Origin: Ostreococcus lucimarinus
Taxonomy: Eukaryota
DNA: 64,000 nucleotides
Strand: one strand, 5' to 3'
NCBI GenBank assembly: GCA_000092065.1
Contig: CP000591.1
Of this stretch, positions 58,201-64,000 are shown in pieces (the first letter of the stretch is position 1; each line of letters starts with the position of its first letter). The translations under genes were made by a program, and so were the position numbers. Below the pieces are notes generated by a model that made no database searches, was not told the DNA's origin, and was given only the letters and a program-made list of their open reading frames with translations.

Positions 58201-59038
58201 ATTGACAAAGCGAGGTCCAATCGAGGAACGCGCTTCGTTGTTAGCGTCGACTTCTGACGTGGCCGAGCGTGAGGCGAGCAAGTTGCGAGCGATGAAGACG
58301 AGAAGGAATGCGATGGTCGCGTCGGCTCTTGCGGGTGTGTTCTTCGTCGCCACCGCCACTTCGTCGACGCCCGGAGCGGCGGCTGTGATGCGCGCAAAGA
58401 AGGAGGTGGCGCAGCTAGGCTCTAAGCTAGCGGACTGTGCCGGTAAGTTCTACGTTGTGAACTTACCTTTCTCTTCGTGCGCCGTCAAGGGAAGCGAAAT
58501 TCCTGTCGGTGCTCGGCCATTCCCTCTCGAAGACTTCATCAAATTTGAGGCTTTCGTCGTCGCGAGGCTCGGTTGGGGTGGATTCTGGTCTATGAAATCA
58601 TCGGGCTATGAAATCCGTTCCGCCGCTCGTGCGCACGTCATCGAGGAGCGTCGCGTGAAGAACGAAGAAAATGTCACCAACGGCTTGATGGATTATCATC
58701 GTCAGTGCTTGCGAACAAAGACGTGGTGCCTTGAAGAGGGGAGCGAAAACGCGTGCTGCAGGGACATGCCGGTGACGGCTGTTGAACAAGAAGAAGATGA
58801 CCTGGAGTTCAACACGTACGACTCGATCCTTCGCAATTTGTGCGGATGCGCGTTGATGATGGATAAGACACCGACGGGATGCGGACAAATCGACGCTCTT
58901 GGACGAGATTTGTACTGCGATAGAATGCGCGCGATGGGGATGGGCGACGATCTCCCCGCATGCTGCGATGCTCCGAACCCGTTCCGCGTGCAGGAATGCC
59001 TATGCAAAGGAGACGAGAATCACATGGCGTACACATAA
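55238..59038 (+). CDS. secreted/cell-surface protein with an N-terminal parallel beta-helix region, GYP tandem repeats, a polyproline segment, TM helix or helices, and a Cys-rich C-terminus
   Basis: Signal peptide. Beta-helix-like repeats (NAIWGV, SENVIAFNANVGMKI, LKDNIFSTSQSADFALDVG, FRNNIVAGGGAVLDGN). About 13 units of GYPAKGYPANS(T/N). PPPPPPPPPRRKPPPPPPPYP. Hydrophobic IIAPMAVLMVIAAAVVA and AMVASALAGVFFVATA. Terminal CC...C.C...C..CC...C.C. Confidence 0.55.
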   Translation: MRTKRGDMGHASNDASGRGRRGMTSGTALRALMAASAATLARASATTSTCDYYMTPEGEGTTIGQTDAGTIMNPFGSLEEAQLALKPGQTLCVLSGTYELDTFIGAEILARGNADAPITIRGYRTSDGADLPKFRFSGGVALDFRGAEYVTVEDIEVDGGASEATTEDVVKAWWNGEKLAHVGRTCFRIGQKSRHVSIKRNACHDVSEVAVNVVDALYSSIKLNVFYRIGWFGVGDIAAVKRTYTAAVDEDEEDDYRLDVQGNAIWGVESHLYERTENASYSKFVKTFGVALDAVADEDLRMRFSENVIAFNANVGMKIARSPYVVVSKNTFYSDPTAGASLLTDSAMTSKLILKDNIFSTSQSADFALDVGASYGTDIDPDFFRNNIVAGGGAVLDGNLTVTRISSQLFADAAHGNFTLLPAAEESINATTVPGVDAAVLKVLARVMKDFNAGTMARSEWVANHKTLTQLIIKTAPSMYTKITSTRKGPEDASVQFTDPVTNEFFTLKLNPAYARDLFERGASPLDGSEDENAYPLDGPDDENAYPISVGALGQGYPANNTGYPSNSTGYPSSSTGYPSDSTGSGYPSNSTGYPASGYPANSTGYPAKGYPANSNGYPAKGYPANSTGYPAKGYPANSNGYPAKGYPANSTGYPAKGYPANSNGYPAKGYPANSTGYPAKGYPANSNGYPAKGYPANSNGYPANSDGYPATRTPAMPESIAEQIEDAVADAVQQIQSVTANATEEIVQAEAEAVTNVTETAGDEEGSDVDELLADATNDVSPPPPPPPPPRRKPPPPPPPYPGTVQPPSPPLPPAPPHVDSEAGLVNGRIVIPVRDTLRDFLLERNEVVNASSMSLDHPDEDVSEIEDLEPECYNPPRGCPAIFHLSNYRAQAVSKVSDDSSTSYSSDRAAFAAYRGERFATEQSRGSVQEFDAQRPVEDSPYGPNIDRAFFAALGMQKESAFKPNEIIAPMAVLMVIAAAVVASERLTKRGPIEERASLLASTSDVAEREASKLRAMKTRRNAMVASALAGVFFVATATSSTPGAAAVMRAKKEVAQLGSKLADCAGKFYVVNLPFSSCAVKGSEIPVGARPFPLEDFIKFEAFVVARLGWGGFWSMKSSGYEIRSAARAHVIEERRVKNEENVTNGLMDYHRQCLRTKTWCLEEGSENACCRDMPVTAVEQEEDDLEFNTYDSILRNLCGCALMMDKTPTGCGQIDALGRDLYCDRMRAMGMGDDLPACCDAPNPFRVQECLCKGDENHMAYT
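56900..57365 (+). repeat. 36-bp coding minisatellite of about 13 units (GGATACCCGGCGAACAGCAACGGATATCCGGCAAAG)
   Basis: Direct reading. Units alternate AGCACC and AGCAAC and encode the GYPANS(T/N)GYPAK repeat. Confidence 0.8.
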
Positions 59039-59197
59039 ACTTGATGAATAGAACTAAACCTTACAATATGAAATAGCAAGATTAAGTAAATGAACAAAAG
59101 ATCGCGGGCGTTGTGAAGAAGACGTCGGCGCTTCTCAGCGCTCGTTCGCTCACCGTCGCCGCGACGCAGTGGTGATATCGTCCTAGATCGCATCATG

Positions 59198-60223
59198 TCA
59201 TTCCATCCCCGTCACTCCGCCTTCCGTGATCTGGAATTCAGCTTCGTCTTCTTTCAGAGTCGGACCTTGAAGCACTTTGAGCACGCGCGCCTCGGCTCTG
59301 CCCTTTCTTACCATCAGACGAATCGTAGACGCATGGGCCAAAACGTGCCCCCCGATCGCCTTCTTTGGTTCAACTCCCGCGAAAGCCATGCCCCCCGGGT
59401 CAGATTGGACTTGATTAGTGAGCACGACGGCGACGTTGAATTCTTCGGCAATTTTTCGCAAGCGAGAGAGGAACTGATTGAGTGTCTGCTGTCGTTCGCT
59501 CAACTCTCCTCTCGCGACGTAATCCACTCGAAAAATCGCCATGATGCTGTCGACGACGAGTAACTTGAAAGGTTCTTCAGCCATTTTCGCGCCAATAGCG
59601 ATGAGAGCATGCATCATTTGATCGACGGTATCCACGCGAGCGACCATGACGTTCGATAAAACGGCGTCAGCGTCCAGTCCAAAGCGGTTCGCGATTTGAA
59701 CGAGGCGGTCTCCGCGGAAGGTGTTTTCGGTATCGATCCACGCCACCTTGGCGCATCCACCGCCCATTTCCACCGGCATTTGCGTCGTAACGGCAATAGT
59801 GTGACATAGCTGGGTCTTGCCGCATCGCCACTCGCCGTAAATCTCCGTGATCGCTCGACTTTCAAATCCGCCGCCCAAGATCGCGTCCACCGCGGCGGCT
59901 CCAGATGTAATATGCACCACATCCTTGCGTCGCTCCGCATCCTCCGCCGCCGTGACAAATCCCCCAGCTTCGCTCTCCGGTAACAGTTTGACCGCACCTT
60001 CCAAAACCTTATCCGCTTTAGCGTCAGAGAAGCCTTTGACCGCGATGATCGCCTTTCGCGGAAACATCAACAACTGTCTCACCGTGACGAATCCCGCGTC
60101 TCTCAACTTTTTTATATCCGTCGCCGACACCCCGCTCTGCTGCAGCGCATCGATGGACACGATGTTCGACTGTTCCTCCGCAAACGTCACCCCGGCGTCT
60201 TCTTCCACGTCAACCCTACGCAA
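59198..60223 (-). CDS. DMC1: meiotic recombinase DMC1 (RecA/RAD51 family)
   Basis: N-terminal HhH domain. Walker A GEWRCGKTQLCHT. IDTENTFRGDRL, DSIMAIFRVDY, ERQQTLNQFLSRLRKIAEEF and GGHVLAHAS match DMC1 better than RAD51. Confidence 0.8.
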   Translation of the reverse strand: MRRVDVEEDAGVTFAEEQSNIVSIDALQQSGVSATDIKKLRDAGFVTVRQLLMFPRKAIIAVKGFSDAKADKVLEGAVKLLPESEAGGFVTAAEDAERRKDVVHITSGAAAVDAILGGGFESRAITEIYGEWRCGKTQLCHTIAVTTQMPVEMGGGCAKVAWIDTENTFRGDRLVQIANRFGLDADAVLSNVMVARVDTVDQMMHALIAIGAKMAEEPFKLLVVDSIMAIFRVDYVARGELSERQQTLNQFLSRLRKIAEEFNVAVVLTNQVQSDPGGMAFAGVEPKKAIGGHVLAHASTIRLMVRKGRAEARVLKVLQGPTLKEDEAEFQITEGGVTGME

Positions 60224-60701
60224 TCGAGCGTCGTTCGTCTTCGTCAGTCGCGCGCGCCGATTCGATCGCGTCGATTCGTCTCTCGGAGTCTCGGAACCTC
60301 ATAAACGTCGTTTCTCCCCTCATCCGCGCTCTCCGTCTCCGCGAATCGTCGCGCGCGAGCGAGACATTCCTCCGCGCACGCACATCGTCTCCTCCGCCGC
60401 CGCCGCGGCGCTCTTCTTTCGTCGCGCCGCCGTCGTCGACATGTTCGCGTCGCGCGCGGTGTCTCGGAAGAGGTGCCGAGTTTCGCGTCGGTCGTCGCGT
60501 CGCGCGCGCGCGTCGCGCGCGCGCGCCGGCGCGCCGTCGGGCGATCGGGCGGTGCGCTCGCGTCGCGTTCGCTCGCGTGCGAGCTCGCGAGGTCGTCGTC
60601 GCGCGCGAGGTCGCGCGTCGAAAAGTGAGGCGCGCGGCGACGGGCGCGCGGCGTTCCATTCGTCGTCGTCGTCGTATCAAAGCAATGCAATCGCTAATTC
60701 T

Positions 60702-61520
60702 CTACGCGTGTTTCGCGAGCGCGCGCGTGATCAAACCGATAAACTCGTCGTCTTCGATGAGCTCCGACATCGCCGCGCGCACGGCTGCGGGATTGAGCGC
60801 GGAAGACGTCGTCGGCGGCGCGGATTTCGCGACGGATTTCGTCCTCGGCGCCGAGGCGGACGTTCCCGTAATCTTACGCGGCGGTTGTAACACCCGCGTC
60901 GGCGCCACCGATTCGCTCCCTCTCGCCCCGTTCCCGATGGACACCGATCCCATCAACTGCGCCATTAAATCTCCGCCCGTCGGCGCGCTCGTCGCCTTCG
61001 TCGTCGTCGCGCTCGCGAACAATCGCGCCCCCGCCTCCGTCGTCGTCCGCGTCTCGCTCCCCACCTCGTTTCCCTCTCCCCGCGCCCGCGCCTCCGCCAG
61101 CACGCCCTCCAGCACCGCGCTCATCGCTTCGCACTCCTCCGCGTCGTGAAACCATATCCCGTTCACCTCTCGTCCGACGCGATACATCAAATACGGCGGC
61201 GACCGCTCCAGCTCGAATCCCGCGCCGCCGACGCGCTGTCGCAGATTCTCCGTCCCGCACCGATTCAGCACCACGAACGCGTCTCGCGGTTCCGTCGCGC
61301 GTCGCACGACGAACAGCGCCCCCTCCACGTTCTTCCGCGCCCACTGTCGCGCGTCCGCGTCGAATCCGTACAGCACCGCGTGTTTCGAGTGCGCGACGAT
61401 GCGCTCGATCGCGTCGTCCTCCTTGCGCAGCACGCGCAGGTTCATCGCGCTCGTCGCGTCCGTGCGCGCGAGCGCCGCGGGAGCGTCGTCGAGCTTCGGT
61501 TTCACCGTGCGCGGCGGCAT
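60702..61520 (-). CDS. DCP1: mRNA-decapping enzyme subunit 1 (DCP1), EVH1-like domain
   Basis: Start at MPPRTVKPK. NLRVLRKEDDAIERIVAHSKHAVLYGFD...WARKNVEGALFVVRR...FVVLNRCGTENL...GIWFHDAEECE fits the DCP1 EVH1 pattern. C-terminal DEFIGLITRAL trimerisation-like end. The track ORF upstream is run-through. Confidence 0.6.
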   Translation of the reverse strand: MPPRTVKPKLDDAPAALARTDATSAMNLRVLRKEDDAIERIVAHSKHAVLYGFDADARQWARKNVEGALFVVRRATEPRDAFVVLNRCGTENLRQRVGGAGFELERSPPYLMYRVGREVNGIWFHDAEECEAMSAVLEGVLAEARARGEGNEVGSETRTTTEAGARLFASATTTKATSAPTGGDLMAQLMGSVSIGNGARGSESVAPTRVLQPPRKITGTSASAPRTKSVAKSAPPTTSSALNPAAVRAAMSELIEDDEFIGLITRALAKHA

Positions 61521-61598
61521 GGCGGCGAAGCGTCGGACGCGCGTCGGCGTCTGACGCGCGTCGCGAAGGGGCGAATCGAAGCGAACGCGACCGCAGAG

Positions 61599-62708
61599 AT
61601 GCGCGCGCGGAGCGCGGTGCGCGCGGCGACGCGAGCGATCGAGCGCGCGATGACGACGCAAAGCGCGACGACGACGACGGCGCGGAGCGCGACGACGACG
61701 GCGACGACGACGCTGTGCGTGGTGACGCACGAAAAGTTGTTGAATTCGCGACCCCTGACGGAACGATTGCGGGCGGAAACGCCGCGCGCGTTCGACGTCG
61801 TCGTCGTGTCGAACGAGGAAGAGATCGACAAAATGAGGCGCGAGCGCGCGGACGGGGACCTGGCGATGCTGTGGTGGTTCGCGACGAAGGAGGTGACGAC
61901 GGCGTTCGCGAGTCGACGAGACGTGGCGGAACGCGTCAAGTGGATGCACAGCGGGAGCGCGGGAGTGGATCATTTGATGGCGATTCCGAGCGTGCGCGAA
62001 CATGCGAGCACGCTGACGAACGGACGAGGGGCTTTCTCGGCGAGTCTAGGCGAGTGGGGGGTGTTCGCGTGCATGCACTTCGCGAAGCGGGTGGACGCGA
62101 TGCGGGCGGCGCAGCGAAGGAAAGAGTGGATACGGATGACGGTGGGGTTGATCGAGGGGAAGAAACTGGTCATCGTCGGATACGGGGACATCGGGCAACA
62201 CGTCGCGCGAAGGGCCAAGGCGATGGGGATGAAGGTGTGCGCGGTGCGGAGAACGCCGGAGAAGACGGATCCAAACGACGACTACGTCGAAAACGTCGTG
62301 GGGTTCCACGCGTTGAAGGAGACGTGCGCCAAGGCTGATTACGTACTCGTCGCGCTGCCATCGACGGAGGAGACGGATAAGATGATCAACGCCGACGTAT
62401 TGAGCGCGATGAAGGACACGGCGGTGCTCATAAACGTCGGTCGAGGATCGACGGTGGACGAGGACGCGCTCGTCGACGCGTTACGGAACAAGAAAATCGC
62501 CGGCGCGGCGTTGGACGTGTTCGCGGTGGAACCGCTTCCGAGCGACCACCCGTTCTACACCATGGAAAACGTGCTCATGAGTTTTCATTGCGCAGACTTG
62601 ACGTCGGATTACCACGACTTGGCGCTCGACTGCTTCATCAAGCACGCCGAGCAATACGCGACGAACGCCCCGTTCACGAACGTCGTCGACAAGCGGCTCG
62701 GATACTAG
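61599..62708 (+). CDS. D-isomer-specific 2-hydroxyacid dehydrogenase family protein (NAD-binding)
   Basis: KLVIVGYGDIGQHVARRAKAMGMKV (GxGxxG), INVGRGSTVDEDALVDAL, and catalytic region ...ALDVFAVEPLP...HPF. Confidence 0.8.
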   Translation: MRARSAVRAATRAIERAMTTQSATTTTARSATTTATTTLCVVTHEKLLNSRPLTERLRAETPRAFDVVVVSNEEEIDKMRRERADGDLAMLWWFATKEVTTAFASRRDVAERVKWMHSGSAGVDHLMAIPSVREHASTLTNGRGAFSASLGEWGVFACMHFAKRVDAMRAAQRRKEWIRMTVGLIEGKKLVIVGYGDIGQHVARRAKAMGMKVCAVRRTPEKTDPNDDYVENVVGFHALKETCAKADYVLVALPSTEETDKMINADVLSAMKDTAVLINVGRGSTVDEDALVDALRNKKIAGAALDVFAVEPLPSDHPFYTMENVLMSFHCADLTSDYHDLALDCFIKHAEQYATNAPFTNVVDKRLGY

Positions 62709-62778
62709 CGCGTCCCATCGCCGCCTCGCGCGCGCGCGAACCGACGATCGCCTCCTAATACTTTGTTTTCGTATTACA

Positions 62779-63279
62779 TCAAAACTTGCTCTTGTCGACG
62801 CATCGCACGTCCTCCGCCCCCACCTCGTACTTTTCGCAAATCAACGCCGCCAACTGCTCCGAGTAATCCCCTTGCAAGTCCAGCTCATCCCTCCCCGTCG
62901 CCCCCTTCGTCACCGAGCACCCGCACGCGAACTTTTTCCCGAACGCCTTGCTCGCCTCCTTCAGGTCGACGTCGAACCGCTCCAGCCCGACGACGTTGGT
63001 GATCATCTTTTTCCTGTTCCGGCTCAACCGCGTCACGACCACCTCGCGCGCCTTGGACTTGGATTTCTTCTTCGACGTCGTTTTTCGCGTCGCGTCGTCG
63101 TCGTTCTCGCCGTCGTCGTCGTCGCGCGTCGCCGCCGCCGCCGCCGTCGTCGTCGTCGTCGCCGTCGCGTCGTCGTCGAGCGCGACCCGCTCGAGCGCGC
63201 GCGCGGCGACGCGCGCGCAGCCGACGACGTCGCAGTACTCGAGCGGGCACGCGCACGACGCGCAGTACTCGACCTCCAT
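62779..63279 (-). CDS. DENR: density-regulated protein DENR (SUI1-domain translation reinitiation factor)
   Basis: MEVEYCASCACPLEYC zinc motif (compare VLYCGVCSLPTEYCEY), a basic linker, and the SUI1 domain VGLERFDVDLKEASKAFGKKFACGCSVTKGATGRDELDLQGDYSEQ. Confidence 0.7.
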   Translation of the reverse strand: MEVEYCASCACPLEYCDVVGCARVAARALERVALDDDATATTTTTAAAAATRDDDDGENDDDATRKTTSKKKSKSKAREVVVTRLSRNRKKMITNVVGLERFDVDLKEASKAFGKKFACGCSVTKGATGRDELDLQGDYSEQLAALICEKYEVGAEDVRCVDKSKF

Positions 63280-63379
63280 CGCGTCGCGGCGCGGCTTCGG
63301 GTCGCGCGTCGACGGCGGCGCGATCGATGCGCGCGTCGTCGAGTGGCGACGGCCGCACACGCGCGCGCGGCGACGCGCG

Positions 63380-63946
63380 ATGCCGCGCGCGCGCGACGCG
63401 ACGCGCGAGGACGGCGCGCGCGGTGACGTCGCGGACGCGGACGCGGACGCGGACGCGGCGCGACGACGACGCGCGACGGACGACGACGGCGCGACGACGA
63501 CGAGGAGAACGACGACGACGGCGCGGACGACCTCGAGCGACGTCGCGGACGCCCTGGACGCGTGCCTGACGATCGAGGCGACGGCGCGCGACGACGGGCG
63601 GGACGAGGGCGTCGTCGCGGGACGCGCGATGGGCGCGCGCGAGGGGCGGGAGATGGGATTTCGCAAGGGGTTCGAGCTCGCGGAGGAGGTGGGGTACTAC
63701 GCCGGGTGCGCGGCGGTGTGGCGGACGTGCGCGACGCGAGACGGCGACGCGCGCGGAGGGCGAGTCGAGCGCTTGATCGAGAGCTTCGAGCGCGAGCTCG
63801 AGGAGAGCGCGATCGGGAATCCGCTGGACGAGGGGATATTGGAACGCGTCGAGCGGTTGCGAGGACGATTTAAGACGCTCGCGGCGTTGCTCGGACGTCG
63901 AGGGGAGCACGCGCGCGCGGATGCATCGCTCGGGATTAGTTTTTAG
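63380..63946 (+). CDS. LTO1/ORAOV1-like protein (Yae1_N deca-GxxxG motif)
   Basis: GRAMGAREGREMGFRKGFELAEEVGYYAG matches the Yae1_N repeated GxxxG pattern. Start at MPRARDATRE. Head-to-head with DENR. Confidence 0.45.
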   Translation: MPRARDATREDGARGDVADADADADAARRRRATDDDGATTTRRTTTTARTTSSDVADALDACLTIEATARDDGRDEGVVAGRAMGAREGREMGFRKGFELAEEVGYYAGCAAVWRTCATRDGDARGGRVERLIESFERELEESAIGNPLDEGILERVERLRGRFKTLAALLGRRGEHARADASLGISF

Positions 63947-64000
63947 TCGTGGTCGGGCGGAACGCGCGGTCGGTTGTAGTGCGCACGCGATGCGTGGTGA

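Overview
This window reads as compact, intron-poor, GC-rich eukaryotic nuclear DNA. Most genes run at about 70-78% GC, but several genes and segments are only about 47-55% GC. I can support about 40 protein-coding genes on both strands and two tRNA genes. One is tRNA-Trp(CCA) carrying a canonical 37/38 intron. The other is tRNA-Val(CAC) followed by an oligo-T terminator. There are a few GT-AG spliceosomal introns with GTGCGT or GTACGT donors, and several tandem repeats. Genes often sit head-to-head or tail-to-tail with only 20-300 bp between them. Recognisable products include WAPL-like protein, POLA2, UDP-galactopyranose mutase, USP39/Sad1, a GT10 fucosyltransferase, apyrase, a POT peptide transporter, PTOX, a REV7-like HORMA protein, DJ-1, a VDAC-like porin, AP-3 beta, a CCHC zinc-knuckle protein, dihydroxyacetone kinase, DNA ligase IV, a tandem-CHD nucleotide cyclase, a GT77-like transferase, ANP32, uL4, cytochrome b5 reductase, Pol eta, an aminotransferase, DMC1, DCP1, a 2-hydroxyacid dehydrogenase, DENR and LTO1. 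PTOX, GT77 and UGM together suggest a plastid-bearing green-lineage picoeukaryote, possibly a Mamiellales-like prasinophyte. That is inference only. The most unusual structure is at 9175-12556. A 945-bp segment A is present twice at 100% identity, separated by a 1.49-kb low-GC segment B. B starts with a roughly 50-bp copy of the nearby UGM coding sequence, carries an orphan coiled-coil ORF, and ends in a truncated gene fragment. Segment A itself holds a degenerate piece of the ENY2-like gene found at 18.5 kb, plus a tRNA-like fragment. Other items worth follow-up: an IMP/S26 signal-peptidase homologue with both catalytic dyad residues replaced; a secreted beta-helix / GYP-repeat / polyproline / TM / Cys-rich surface protein; an unclassified multipass membrane protein of about 1,600 aa; an sAC-like tandem-CHD cyclase; and an 82-bp x3 TATTTAAG-containing repeat array in a divergent promoter. 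Caveats: hand-derived coordinates may be off by 1-3 nt. The ORF track uses GTG/TTG as starts. Many long GC-rich ORFs and ORF N-termini are frame run-through rather than real coding sequence.
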